The translations under genes were made by a program, and so were the position numbers. A stretch of DNA of 63,345 nt, filler included, from Reclinomonas americana ATCC 50394 (taxonomy: Eukaryota), in NCBI GenBank assembly GCA_048213135.1. It is 19 parts of 19 records of this genome, joined end to end, with 100 filler letters (N's around TTAATTAATTAA, not from the genome) between each part and the next. Parts side by side here need not be neighbours in the genome. Positions count along the whole stretch, not along the records: positions 1 to 3,361 come from AFZH01019350.1; positions 3,462 to 11,112 come from AFZH01019351.1; positions 11,213 to 13,723 come from AFZH01019352.1; 16 more parts are not named here. One strand, written 5' to 3'. Positions 1 through 13,400 of the stretch are shown here, in pieces. Every line of letters begins with the position of its first letter. Positions within the stretch are counted from its first letter, which is position 1. The notes under the pieces are model-generated. The model was not told the DNA's origin, did not search any database, and worked only from the letters and a program-made list of their open reading frames with translations.

Positions 1-312
1 CACTCACACACACACACACACTCACTCACTCACTCACTCACTCACTCACTCACTCACACACACTGCACACTCGCTCACTCACTCACACTCACACTCATAC
101 TCACACTAACACACACACACTCACTCACTCACTCGCTCACTCACTCACTCACTCACTCACACACTCACTCACACACTCACTCACACACACACGCACACAC
201 ACACACACTCACACACACACACGCTCACTCACTCACTCACACTCACACTCACTCACACTCACACTCACACACACACACACACACTGCATCCTCACCCACA
301 CACTCACTCACT
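1..312. repeat. (CA)n/(CACT)n microsatellite, probably within an intron of the Sec20 gene
   Basis: Nearly pure cacaca/cactcact array, followed by a polypyrimidine tract and an AG acceptor at 441-442. Confidence 0.9.
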
Positions 313-442
313 CGCGCATCTTCTCCTTCTTCTCTCTATCTCTCACTCTTCCTCTCACTTTTCCTTCCTCCCGTCACTCTCCCTTCCTCTCACTTGGCTT
401 TCCCTCTCTCTCTCTCCCTCCCTCTCCTGTCTTCTCTCACAG

Positions 443-1845
443 GACGTTGAGCAACTGGCATACGAGGCCGACACACAAGACGAGCAGGAGCAGATTCTGC
501 AGTTGGTGGAGCCGCATCATGCAGAGCTCGAGAGGTGCTTCTTTCCTCGTGTTTTCCTCGATATTTTTGTGTTTGTCTACTCACTCACTCCCTTGTGTAC
601 TGCGTACCAGCCTTCGCAACAGCATCCGCTCTGTGCGTGCCGACTACAAGAGCAAGGTGCAGAGCTTTGCGAATGCTGCGCGCCTGAAGCTGGTCGGCAC
701 ACCCGAGGAGATTCAGGCGCGAAGGAAGAAGCTGTTGCGTGCCTCCATCACTTCAGCATGTTCCTCTCCCCCTTATTCTTGCCATCCTTCTCGTAGCATC
801 TTTACTTCATACTTCTTTCTTATCTCTCTCTTGCACTCTGTCTCCTTCTTCTCTCTTCCCGCCCTCTCCACTTCCTTGCTTTTGACCCTCTTTCTCGCTG
901 TCCCTCTCGTTCACCCATCGCAGCAGCTTTGCCTTCACCAGCCCTTGCCTTCGTCTCTCTCCCGTGAGCCGTCTCGTCGTTCCCCAGTCGGTGCCCTCAT
1001 CCCTCTCCTCTTCCCGCTGCCTTCATATAAGCCCGTCTTTCTCGCCACCCTCCTCTCTTGGTCATCAGCAGCGCTGTTATATGCGACCTTGCTTCCTCTC
1101 CTCTGCCTTCCTTTTCTTGCTCTCTCTCTCTCTCTCCCTCCCTTGCCCTTCTCCTCCCCATTCCTTCATTCCTCCTTCTCTCCACAGTGCGGAACATACG
1201 ACTCTGGAAAAGAGTCGCGGCGTCACCGAAGGCCTCTCGCAGCTGCGCCAAACAGTGTCGAGCACACTGGCCGTGGCCGCCGACGCCACCAACGTCCTCG
1301 GTGAGCCACTTCTCCCCCACCTGCATCATTCTTTCTTTCTTCCCCCTCACTCCATGACAGGGAGCTCCACGGCCACCCTCGGACTGACGCTGCAAGAGTA
1401 TCAGGACTATGGCGCGGCGATTTCGCGCTCCCGTGCTCACATTGGCCGCATTCGGCAGCGGCAAACCACCGACGGTGTCCTCATCGGCATCGCCTTTGCA
1501 GTGTTTTGCACTGTTGCGCCACCCATGCTTGTGCGGACTCACCTCTCTCTCTCTCTCCTTGCTTACGTTCTCGCGCACACACAGGTCGTCATTTTTGTGC
1601 TGTACCGCCGTGTTCCGCAGTCGGTCAGCAACGCCGTGTCGACCGTGATTTCCATGGTCAATCCATTCTACTGGTTTGGCTCGTCGACTCCCACGCCCGC
1701 CGCCGACGACGCGACATCAACGACGCCGCCTCCGCCCGCACCACCGATACCCGGGGAGCATCGCGATTCGCACAGCAGAGACACCACGCCGTCGGAGGTG
1801 AGCAGAAAGGTCGGCAGTCGAAGGAAGCGTTCGGGGGAACTGTGA
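443..1845 (+). CDS. SEC20: Sec20/BNIP1-family ER SNARE (5' partial, 5 exons visible)
   Basis: Spliced product reads SLRNSIRSVRADYK...SRGVTEGLSQLRQTVSSTLAVAADATNVLGSSTATL...EYQDYGAAISRSRAHIGRIRQRQTTD, then the TM segment GVLIGIAFAVFCTVVIFVLYRR, typical of Sec20. GT-AG introns keep the frame. Stop TGA at 1843-1845. Confidence 0.8.
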
Positions 1846-1907
1846 GCGGAGTGGTAAAAAGAGCCGGGTGATTGATGATTAGTGTTACATTGGTGTGTTT
1901 GTGTTCG

Positions 1908-4900
1908 TCATGGTGCCGTGCGCGGGAAAAACGGCGGCAGCGGAGCGCCACCCTCCGTGCCAGACGCCGACAATTGCTCGGCCACCGTCGACACCAAAAA
2001 TGCCTCCTCCGATCCGGCTGCCAGCCGGTGCGCCGTGTCCCACAACATGCTCGACGTGCACTGGGCGCGAGCGATCGCCAGATTGGCAGGATGGTGGCAC
2101 AGCACGGACAGCGCGTGACAGCAGTGAATGAGTCTGCTCAGAGGGGAAAAAAGTCAGCAGCGGCGCAGCACACATGGGCGAGAGAACACCACCATGTGGG
2201 CACGCAACAGAGCAATGTTCGCCGGATCTGACGAATCCATCAGCGGATTCTGCACGTGGTCGAGCAGAGAGCCAATGGCCGATTGCGCCTGCAGCTGACC
2301 TGCTGCGTGCATACCACACAACATGCTGAGGGCGAGGGCGGCCACGGGTGCCGTCGCACTGGCCTCCAGCATGTTGCACACGCTGGCGATGATGTGCTGC
2401 GGGGAGGGAGAGGAGACGAGGGGGTGAGCGAATAGCAGCACAGCCAAACCAACGCGAAGCTTCATGGCTCTCTTCATGATTTCATTCGCTCTTCCACTCT
2501 CTTCTCTGACACTCATTTCCCTTCTCTCCATGCTTCCAGTCTTGTACTCTGCTTCTTAGTTCAGCAACCAGCTTTTCTTGTGCTCTCGAATTACGACTCA
2601 GCTCTACTCCTTTTCTTCCTCGATTCAGACTCAGTTCCGTTTCCTCTCAATCTCCACTAACCCGCTCTTGTAAATCCATCATCCTCATTCTTCCCTCCAA
2701 TCCTTCTCGTTTCCACTCCTTTCTCACTCCACTGTCTTACTTCATTTATCCCCCGTTGTTCCTCTTCCTCTCTCGCTTCCCCCCATCCTTCTTCTCCTGT
2801 TTGACTCTCCCTTCTTCGTTCCTCTTCTCACCCCAATCTTCAGTACTTGCTTCCCTCTTCCTCTTAATCCTCCTCCCCAGTCTTTCTCTCTCCCGTTTCG
2901 CTCCTTCTCCACTACTCTCCTATTCATCCTCCTCCAACTCCTTCACATCCGCCCCTTCCGTTCAACCATCTCACTTCATACCCCCATGCCTCTGTTGTCC
3001 TCTTTCCACATCCCTCCCTCATCCTTCCGCCAGTTCTTCTCTGTCCCCTCGCTTCCCCCAATCCTTCTTCTCCTGTTTAGTTTTCCCTTCGCTGCCCCCT
3101 CTCCATCCTCTTATGACCAACTCATCAGCATTCTCCTCCACCCTTCCCTCTTATCCCCCTTTCCCTCCCCCCATCCACCCTTTCCCCACACCGCACCTCA
3201 TCCACCATGGCCTGCAAATTGAGCGGATTGCCCTGGGTGAGCGTGGTCACCAGAATGAGACACAACGTCTTCAGACGACTGTCACAGCGCGAGTCGTCGA
3301 GGATGCTCTTGAGCAGCGGCAGGCCACCTGATATTCACACACAAAGCCAGTGAGCAAAACGNNNNNNNNNNNNNNNNNNNNNNNNNNNNNNNNNNNNNNN
3401 NNNNNTTAATTAATTAANNNNNNNNNNNNNNNNNNNNNNNNNNNNNNNNNNNNNNNNNNNNAGAAGATGAACGTCTCCTCCACAAACTTCTCCTTCCCAC
3501 CGTTCGTGCGAAATTCGTCCTGCTGCGCCACATCGCTGTCGCACATGTCCTTGAATGCCGGCAAGATCTCCACCAGAATCTCGCGCTCCCGCAACAGCGG
3601 AATGCACTGTTCCACGACTTTCTTCTCTCGCAACTGCAGCAACGCACGTGTGGTATGAGTCTTCTTCCCCCAATATGACGACCAAGAACACCCTCCACCC
3701 CCTTCTACTTACCGTTTCGCGCACCGAGTCCGAGTCCTCGCCGCGTGCGCAGCAGCCGAGGGCAGCAAAGGCAGCGGCGGCGGCCTGCCTCAGAATCTCC
3801 TGCGATTCGGCCAGCGACTTGCCGATGACTGCATTCACATGAGTGAGTTACATGAACCCACCACATTCAGAGACTCACAAAGAGGACGAAACTTGCTGCA
3901 AACTTTTTCGATCGTCTGCCTTCTGCCGGCTTCTCATCCTTCCCTCCCTTCTTCTTCATGTGCAGAGCACGCAGGCGCTGCACTTGTTCGAGCGTGGAAA
4001 GCAGCAGCGGTACCAGCAGACCGAGGCCATTGTTGCCCAAGAAGAACTTGCGGTTCTCGGGATTCGTGCGAATGACCACGGAGACCAGCGATGTCACGAC
4101 AATCTGCTCGGGAACCTCCAACTTTGGCGCGTGCAGCAGCTCGAGCAGCTTCTCCACACCGCCTTGCATGCGAAACTCGGCTTGGTTCTGTGCGACGATG
4201 CCGTTGAGTCCCTTGGCGAGAGTGAGAGAGAAGAAAACCAATGCATTGAGCATGTACCTCGGCACTGCCGTCAAACAGAAAACGGAACACGTCGATCAGG
4301 TACGGCTGCAGCACCGAGCGCGAGCTTTCCACGTTCAGAATGCTGCGCATTGGCATGTCAGTTTCTCGGCGGTAAAGTGACAGCAGCTGGGAAGTACGCC
4401 TGCTCACCGCACGAGTTTCTGCATGCAACCGACGCGGCGGAAAATCGCTCCGTTCGGGTTCTCGTCTTCGAGAAGATGTGCGTGACGCATGCACAACGCC
4501 GAGACGGCAAGAATGAGCGGACGCGCCTCGGAGGGTCGCAGATGCACATTCGAGGCCGACTCTCCGTCCACAGCAGCAGCAGCAGCAGCAGAACTTCTGT
4601 ACGCGTCGACATAAGTCACACTCCTTCCGCCCAGCTTTGCCGAACGACAGCGCCACGCAACGGTGCACTGGTGGGTCGGTGAACGCGACCCGATACCGGT
4701 CCGCCATCGACGCCCACTGCGCTAGCCGGGCGTCGCTCCTCCCCCGTTCGAGGTGAGCTCACGACGCGAGTGAGTACCGATAGGTTCTCGGTGGACTCGT
4801 CCACCAGGCGCGATGAATTGCGAGCCGAGGCCACCATAGAGCGCGGGTGCGGAGGCACGATGCCCGTCTTGGATCCGTACGACGACGGCGATTGGACGAG

Positions 4901-7900
4901 GGGCATAGTGATGACCATTCCCGTCGGCGACGTCATGGTCTGTGAGAGGAGGTGAGCCGAGGCAGCACGAGTGGTGACGGTTGAGTGTGTACGAACCCGT
5001 CCCAGTGAGGCAACAGAGCCGCCGTCCACCAGCACCGTGGTGGAGCCACCATCCGCCACGTCCTGCTGCGAGAGAGGGGGAATAAATAATGAGTGGCGAT
5101 AACGAAAGTGAGCTGCGGTGCACAGCGGCATACCAGACGCGGAATGGCAACAGCTGGTACGCCCACAACTTCCGGCAGCGCGGCAGTGGCGCTGACAGTG
5201 GGTGGTCTCACTGGTGTCGAAGGCTCTTGCTGTGGTGGTGAGGTGAGTGCCGTGAGAGCGGAGAGAGAGTGACTCGACAGGCACTCACCTTTTGATCAAA
5301 CGGACACATGGTCAGGCGCTGGGCCAACATTTGCGTGCCGCCCATGCTCGCCATGAGCTGCTGATAGTGGCTGCTCTTCAGTGCTTGCTGCATGATCTGC
5401 GAGGCGAGAGAAAAAAACCGTCAACCGTCAACGTGAGCATCGAGCCTGTAAGTTTCTGTCAACATACCTTGGTGTACGCTTCGACGCGCACCGATGGTGC
5501 TCCATGCAAGCAGTCCTTCAGATGCTTCTCCACCATGATCGCCCTCTCGCGCATCTCGTCGTCCTGCAACACAAGCACGTGAGACACAGCAAAAGATATC
5601 GGCCAACAAAGCACGTTGCCAAACTCCTGTTCGCTGGTATGCTTTCATCTCGAAGCGTCGAACCTCTTGCCGTGGTGTCTATTATGGAGGTAAGAAATCA
5701 GCATACATGATAGAAACACAATCGAGGAAAATTACAGAAAAGCACGCACATCAGGCGATGCGGCACGCGGGCCATTGGATCGCGGCGATTGCAGCGATGC
5801 CGACGCTTGGCGGCCGTACATGGTCATGAGCGCTGTACACCGCAATCGATTCAGTCTTCGATCGGCATCCCCTCTCTGTGGCTCATTCACACAAACCAGA
5901 TTGCTGCTCCTGTACAGTCTGCGGTATCCGCTCGTCGGCATGCGGATCCCACTGCATCGACGCCGGCGCCTCACCATACGACGCCGTCTTGCGGTCGCTA
6001 AAATTGCTGTAGTGGCCGTAGTGACCACCGGGAATGTACACGTCGGGGTGGTGATCAAACGACACTGCATGGCGGATTTGCGTGAGCCGCCGATGTCAAA
6101 GCCACGCACACATTATCGATGACCACAGCACCTTGATGGCCGGTGCCATAAGTAAAATGCGATGACGATGGATGCGTGGGAAAATCGGCCGTGGCCGTGG
6201 AGCGCGGCGGTGGATTGTGCAGCTGCTGAGCCGTCTTGGAGTGTCGATAGTATGTGGGCCCACGACCGGTGGTCTTGCCCGGCGGCGATGCTGGCGGCGG
6301 GGCCGGTGGACCACCGCCACGCGATGCACTGAGAGAGCTGTGCGAACATTTGGAATGAGAGATGGGCACACACACAAACTCGGGAGGCATGACGCACCGC
6401 AAGTCTTCGTACGACATGGCCGAGGGACCGCGCCGACCCGTGGCAAATCCACCGCCGCCACGGCTCATGGCTCCGTAGGCGGCCGAACTGTACAGCTGAT
6501 CCACGGCAGACATGCGACTGGCGGTGGCTGACTGCGGGCGTTGCTTGCCATTCACGCGTGGACTCGCATGCGTGCGCGGTGATCCGCCATTTGCACCAGC
6601 CTGTTGGCAATGAGTGAGAAGGCGAGGAAGACCCGATTTTAGCAGAGTTCAGTTACGAACCGACGGTGGCCGCGGCACACCCTGCAGCGACAGCACCACG
6701 GTGCTGTACTGTTGCAGACCGTCCTCCAAAATGTTGCGCTCAATGTACTACTCACAGAGTCAGTGCACTTTGGAAATCGACAAATAACATGGCACGCCAC
6801 ACACACCTCTGACGTGCGAAACGCTGCTCCCTCGTCGTGCGGTGCTGCACGACGGTGCGATCGTCCCTCGCCAGCTGCGTTGGCAGTCGGCGAGTTGAGC
6901 ACGAACCCCGCACCCCAGCACTTGGCCACGGGTGTCAGCGGATACTCGGCGGACGATGACATGGCGTGTGCGCCGGCTGGTGACGATGGAGAGCGATCTG
7001 TGGGGGATCATGAGCGGCAGGCGAGAGGAGAAGAGGCGGAACACAGGAGGGACTCACTCGTCGGCAGGGCACTGGCGGGACGCCGCGCCGAGTGTTGTAG
7101 GAACACGCTCATGGTCGATAATTGTGCTTCGGAGCTGAGGTCGATTGTCGTGAGCGCGAAAGAGGAGACAGGAAAGGGTTAAGGGCGAAGAAAGGAGGGC
7201 AAGAGGGGAGGGGAGAGAGGGAGGCAGAGAGAAAGAGAACATCAAGGAGGAAGAGGCACAGAGAGAGAAAGCCAGTGCATGAAACATGAAGACTAACAAG
7301 TGCTCCGTCAAAGTTAACGCTAGCAGAAGAACGGATGAGGGGGGCGTGAGAGAGAACAAGAGTGACGAATGAACAGGAGTGGAGAACTGAGATCAACGTT
7401 GGAGACAAAGAAGGATATCAGAATGAAGAAAAGGCATGATGAGATTGATGACCAATCCCAGATTGGCCACGCCGCGCTGAGGCAGAAGGAGAACGCATGA
7501 AAGTGCGCGAGAGAGAAAGACAAGAGCAAGACAGAGATATCATGAGAATGACTGAGAGAGAAGGGAGTGCAAGAATAGCGCGGAACGACGAGAACTCGCT
7601 GCCACCTCAAGTCACACAGGAGAGAGAACAAGCGAGAGAGAGGGGGGGAGAAGAAGACGAACAAGAAGACGACGAAGAGGAAATGGACGAGAGAGAGTGA
7701 GAGAGATAAGTACTCCGTGATGCCCACAAAGACACGCAACAATCCTGCAGAACGCGGCCGCTCAGCTGAAAGCATCTGGCGGACCTCATTGCCGGCAGCG
7801 ACAGCCGGTCGCACACTCGGCCTGCTCCAGCAACGCGTCAGCGATGCATACACACACGAACGACGAGCAAAAAAACTGACACCAATACAAATGCAACTTG

Positions 7901-9141
7901 GGTTCGTTCGCCTGCCACGCTCCGAGCGGAGCACTGTCGGCCGTCGGCTCCGACACATCCTCCACCTCGCCCTGCTGACTCGTGTTGAGACGAGAAGGAC
8001 GTGAGCGAGAACTGCGTGCTCTCCGTGCCGCCGCCGGCGAAGGCGGCAACTTTGGTGGCGTCGGATGGCCGCCACCACCATTCTCCGTCGGCGATGACAA
8101 TGGTTGCTGCTGATCCGCCGCCGCAGTCGCCGAGCCATTGGCATCATGCACTGATGGCGCGGGCTTGGCATCTACATTACAACACGCGCATGTGAGGAGA
8201 AATGCGAGCAAATGAGCTCTGTGTCAATCAGCCTCACCTCCAGCTCCCACAACGTCGTCTCCATCATCACCAGGATCGTCTTGAATGAACTCATCGTCGT
8301 CGTCGTCGTCGCCCTCGTCGCCTTCGCCAGTTTTCTCCTCAGCAGCAGCAGGAGGAGGAGGAGGTGGTGGTGGTGGAGCTGCGTCACTCCCCGTCTTCTG
8401 CTCTTGTTGCTGTTGCTGTGATGCCTCAGCAGCACCTCCCTTGGTCTTGCCAGCGCGCAACCGCGCCGACTCCAGCTGCAACTCAGGAGTGGGCGGTGCG
8501 GCCAGTGCAAAGCGCTTCTCGTACTCGCGCTGCACCGCCAGATCCTCCTCCGCATGATACGCCGTGTCCACGCGCCCATTCTTCGAGCGCGCCAGCATTG
8601 ATCCGCGTCGACTCTGCACCTGCTGGCGACTCTTGGAGCTCGGCGGACGCGTGGGCGACAGCGGACGATCGATAGTCTGCGTAGGCGAGTGCGGACGACT
8701 GCTGCCACTACTCGAACCGCGCGCCTGATACCGCTGCGTGTACATCCACTGATCGAGACTGCTGCTCGCGGTCGACGCCGAGCGCGGGGAAACCACCGGC
8801 TGCGCCAAATCCGCGCGCACCTTCTGCATCAGTGCAGCAGTGGAGAGTGTAGAAGTCGGCGGCGGCGGAGTCGGCATGGGCGCACTCCGCGGTCGCGTCA
8901 TTGCCGCGCGAGTCATTGTCGGCGCATGCAACGGCGAGCGCACCTCCATCAGCGTAATGGACAGTGGCTCGTTGTGAGTCACCAGTGACGTCATGAGAGG
9001 GGTGGCGGTGGCGGGCGGAGGGGCGGCTTGCAGGCCGGCGGCGTACTGGGAGGAGCGAGCAGCGGAGAGGCGGGAGACGGTCTCCAGGCCGCGACGGCGA
9101 GCGAGAGTGCGTGCGCGGGTGCGCAGGTCCATGGATGCCAT
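1908..9141 (-). CDS. Large multi-exon protein: disordered N-terminus with RPxSA motifs, C-terminal armadillo-type repeats
   Basis: Exons chain in frame through GT-AG introns from ATG 9141. ARM-like segments include ENPNGAIFRRVGCMQKL, NQAEFRMQGGVEKLLELL, NPENRKFFLGNNGLGLLVPLL and GGLPLLKSIL...GNPLNLQAMVD. Crosses the gap at 3362, so joining it into one gene is an inference. Confidence 0.6.
3362..3461. other. Assembly gap spacer (first of 18)
   Basis: N-run + TTAATTAATTAA (stops in all six frames) + N-run. The same spacer occurs near 11113, 13724, 18838, 20855, 24034, 29166, 31327, 33436, 37724, 39890, 42748, 46773, 49708, 54390, 56044, 58138 and 61321. Confidence 0.98.
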
Positions 9142-9679
9142 GGTTGCCTCTCACGCCCTCTGTGTGTGTGGGAGAGTGAGTGAGCAATATGTGTGGGCAC
9201 TCGCCAACGACCGACGGCAATATGTGATTGTAAACTGACACACTGCGCTCTCTTTGATTGTGTGTGTGAGGGGGAGAGCGCGTGTGTGCGTGCGTGTGTG
9301 GTGGAGTGTGTGGACAGAGAGTGGTGGTGAGCGGAGGAGAGCGGTGCTTACCTCGCTTATTGATTTTGTGTCTGAAGTGTTGTGGGACATGTGACGTCAA
9401 TGTGTTTTTTTGTTGATTTCTTTGTGCGAGTTGAGAGATGTGGTCGATGTGGAGGACTGTGGCAAAGCGCGCAAGGTGCAACGCGCTTGCAAGTTAAGAA
9501 ACATCGCTTGGAATTCGATTTCGCATGAAAAGAGCTAATTCGCGACGGAATTCGAAACTCAAAGCGTTTATTGACCGTTTCATGCTCTGTAAGCAGAGTG
9601 TGGTGCGAACAGTCGCTGGATCCACGAGCACGCGGCCGATGAAGACTACAACCCAATCCACTTGCCAAACTTGTTGGCC

Positions 9680-10240
9680 ATGTCAACAACCGCTCCAGCC
9701 GCCACTCCAACAGCAGCGCCCGCAGAGGCGCCAATTGCCGCGCCTGACGCTGTCCCAGCCCGACACAAGGCCGGCCACAGTTCCGACTCCAGCTCCGACT
9801 TTCGCGCCGACTTGCTCGTTGTGGCTGCTCATTCTCTGCTCGAAGATGATATAGAAAATGTGAATTGTGCTGAAACTAGACTCGGCCAGCGATTACAATC
9901 CGGATCAGACAATTTTTGGCGGATCTGTCGGGTTTCTAAAAATCAGCCATATTTCATTATCCTGGATGGCAGTCGCTGTTCTCTACACCGCCAGAACTAC
10001 CAGCTTGCATACACTGCGCGCATTTGCAATCTGCACCGGCGGGCTTGCGCTGCACACGTGCACAACTCGAATCTTCTGATTGTTCTGTGGCAGTCTGGCG
10101 CCGGCGCCGGCGGACACGACGCCACGCAGGCAAGTAAGCCAAGCCAGGATCTGACCACATGGATTCGTAATCGGGTACACGACAAATACTCCAGTCTGTC
10201 TGCCACGTGGAGGTCGATCGTGTTGCATGTGCGTGTGTGA
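9680..10240 (+). CDS. Possible intronless orphan ORF (186 aa)
   Basis: ATG in a GCCATG context and an open frame with an Ala/Pro-rich start, between two divergent ARM genes. No recognisable domain. Confidence 0.3.
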   Translation: MSTTAPAATPTAAPAEAPIAAPDAVPARHKAGHSSDSSSDFRADLLVVAAHSLLEDDIENVNCAETRLGQRLQSGSDNFWRICRVSKNQPYFIILDGSRCSLHRQNYQLAYTARICNLHRRACAAHVHNSNLLIVLWQSGAGAGGHDATQASKPSQDLTTWIRNRVHDKYSSLSATWRSIVLHVRV

Positions 10241-10420
10241 TCATGAAACTATAAAAGCAAGCAGACAAGAAAAATGCATAAATGCCAACAACAAGTCTTG
10301 GCACTGTTTGATTGACGCACACACGTGCAAGTACAGAATGATCTGATAGACTTGGGGTGGGACCTGCATTCGCCAATATCGAGACGAAATTTCCTCTCAA
10401 CGCCGCTCTCATGCGCAGCG

Positions 10421-13400
10421 ATGAGCATCAACTCACCTCCGCCCGCCTCCTCTCTCACGCACAAGAGTGTGAGGTTTGCCGACGCACCCCCTTCTTCTTC
10501 TTCACCTCACAAACAACGCCACCTGCAACAACAACAACAACAAGTGATGTCACTGATTGGGAGACCACGCTCGGCCACTGCGCAGCTGCTCAAGGCGCAA
10601 CGTCGACAGCATCAGGGACGCGTGGAGGGAGCAACGTCGTCGCCTGTCACGCTGTCCTCGTTGGTGAAGAGAGTCAGTGATGGCGATGAAGATGATGATG
10701 AGGTGGATGCATCGGCGACAATTTCCTCGACAATGCATCCGTCTCCTCCGCGATTGGAGTTGCGTGAGAGAGAGAGAGAGAGAGAGGTAGAGGCTCAGGT
10801 GTCTCTCTTCTCTCTGCGACTGTCACTCCTTTTGTCATTTGCGTTGCCTCGTCCCTTGCTCGAGACACATGGCTCTGGCTCTCTCCTGCCTTCCTCTCCT
10901 TCCCTTCCTCTCCTTCCCTTCCTCTCCTTCCCTTCCTCTCCTTCCCTTCCTCTCCATTCCTCTCTTGTCCTGCTTCTCCCTCCTTGTCTTCGCCTTCTTC
11001 TTGGTCTTCTCCTCCTCCAGCTGCTCACCAGTTTGCTTCTTCCTCCTCTTCATCCTCATCTTCTCCAGCTGCTCCTTCTTCGCAGTTTCTTCTTCTTCTT
11101 CTTATTCTTCTTNNNNNNNNNNNNNNNNNNNNNNNNNNNNNNNNNNNNNNNNNNNNTTAATTAATTAANNNNNNNNNNNNNNNNNNNNNNNNNNNNNNNN
11201 NNNNNNNNNNNNCCTCCTCCTCCTCCTCCTCCTCCTCCTCCTCCTCCTCTCCCTCTCCCTCCTCCTCCTCTTCCCTTCCCCGGTCACCTTCTCCCCCTTC
11301 GTCCTCTCATTCTTGCGCACAGCCGCCTCATCCGCCGCATCAAGCTCGCCGGCGCTCGACAGCTCCCCAGCATCACCGTCCCCGTGTCACCCGCTGCTGC
11401 CACCGCCTCACTGCTGGCCTCCAGCACTCCTCCACCACCTCCACCCCTTTCATCTTCTTCTTCTTCATCATCTCCTCCTCCGCCATCATCCCCTTCTCCC
11501 ACGCGAAGCACCAGCAATGCTGTGCCTCGCACCCACCATCATGCCGCCTCACCGTCGCCGCCGCCGACCCGTGCGCGATTCGCCTCGTTGCCGGAGCTGC
11601 CGATGGTGGCCACGGCCGCGGCTGCGCGGAGTCCGCTGGTGCGCTTTGACAGTCAGCCGAATCTGCAGGTGGACTTGAATGCCGCAGTGACGACGGCGGC
11701 ACCGTCGCCGTCGCCGCCCTTGCGTGCGACATCGCTGGCCGTGTTCTCGTTGCCGGGCGTCAAGGACTCGGCTAGCGAGGCCATGGCGGAGTTGCGGCGG
11801 CGCCTGCTGACGCGACAGCGACGGGTGATGGACACGGGGAGTATTGACGCGGTTGCAGAAGTGGTGGCGGTCCCCGCCGGTTCCGGCATCAACATGCACA
11901 CGCCGGCGGAGTTGCTGAGGTTTGTTGGTTGGCGCGTGCGCTGTGCTTGACGTCCTTCTCATCCTTGTCGTTGGCGCAGTCGTGAGCGGAGTCGGCAGCG
12001 CCGCAAGTCGCGCGACGAGGCCAATGCGTCGTCGCCCGCCGCAGGTAGCTCGCCACCACCACCACCACCACCACCAGCCGCGTTCGTGAGCAGCACAGCA
12101 GCTACTGCCACCACCACCAGCACCACAACTGTCCACACACCATCGCCACCGCCTTTGCAACCACCTCCGCAACAACCACACCACAACAAGGACGCAGGCG
12201 GCGACGCCGGCATGGTGACGTACGACCAGGACTGCACGCCGCGCACCGAGGTGCGATACCTCCTCAATGGCCTCTCGCGACGCTTGCCACTCGCCGAGTG
12301 TCTCCGATGTGCGAGGCGACTGGCCACCTTGACGGGCGACCATCCACCCACGCGCAATGTGACGAGTCAGGGATTCGTCGTCTTGTCGCGTTTGCTCTCT
12401 GAGTTGGCCACGGTGGAGGGCGACGCTGCTGCCGAGTGTCGTGCGGCACTGTGCCTGGTCACCCGCAACGTCACACGAGACGGACAGCAGGAGCTGCTGA
12501 TTGCAATGCGCGCAGCTGGTTTGCTTCCGGTACTCGCCTCTTTGCTGGGCGACCGCTTCGACATTGTGCGACACTCGGCCGCCAGAGCCGTGCAAAATTC
12601 GGTGTTTGGTGAGACGAATCTTCTCTGCCTTTTGTTTTGTTATGGTATGCACGTTGATCATCGATCATTCGCGCGCAGAAAACTTTGAGAACCAGAATTT
12701 CATGCGTGAATCTGGCGCCATTGACCGCCTGGTGGCCATGATGTCCGACCGGAACGTGGAGTTGAGGCGGGCGGCCACCGGCGCCCTCTTCAATGTGATG
12801 CACGCCAACGATGGCAATCGTCAACGCGTGCAAGAGCTCGGCGGCTTGCCCGTGCTCGTCGAAATGCTCGAGTGCGACGATTCTGAGTCGTGTCGGCTGG
12901 CGCTTGGAGCGCTGGCTAACGCCATGTCAGGTTTGTTGCACATCGCACTGCAGCGGTAGCCCACAATTCCTTGTTGTCAAGGAGAAAGAGCATGGCGAGA
13001 AGGACAGACGAAGGCGTGCTTTGCTTCAATCCTCGCTGAATTTTACTTCTTTTCGATGGTCTCTCTCTCATTGTCCCTCTCTCGTTTCTTTGTCTCTTGT
13101 CGATCTTCCGCATTTCCGATTTCCTCTTTCTTTCTTTCTCTCTCTCTCTCTCTCTGCCGTTCTACCAACATACCTGTGCTGCTCTACTTGCGATGGTCAT
13201 TCTTTTGCTCTTAGTTGTACTGCTGCCACTTTCAACGCCCCTGCGCTTCTACTTCTCCGTATACTGTTGTACTCGTATTCTATGACCACTTCTTACTCCC
13301 TCGCTCGCTCTGCACCTGTTTCTTGCTTCGTCGTTTGCTGCAGCTGGCATTCCGTGTCTTCGCCTCGTTGCCTCTCTCGTCATCCTGGCGTTGCCGATCA

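Noticed and set aside
3406..3417. TTAATTAATTAA palindrome recurring 18 times
   Set aside because: Always centred in N-runs. It is an artificial six-frame-stop scaffold linker, not a biological repeat or CRISPR.
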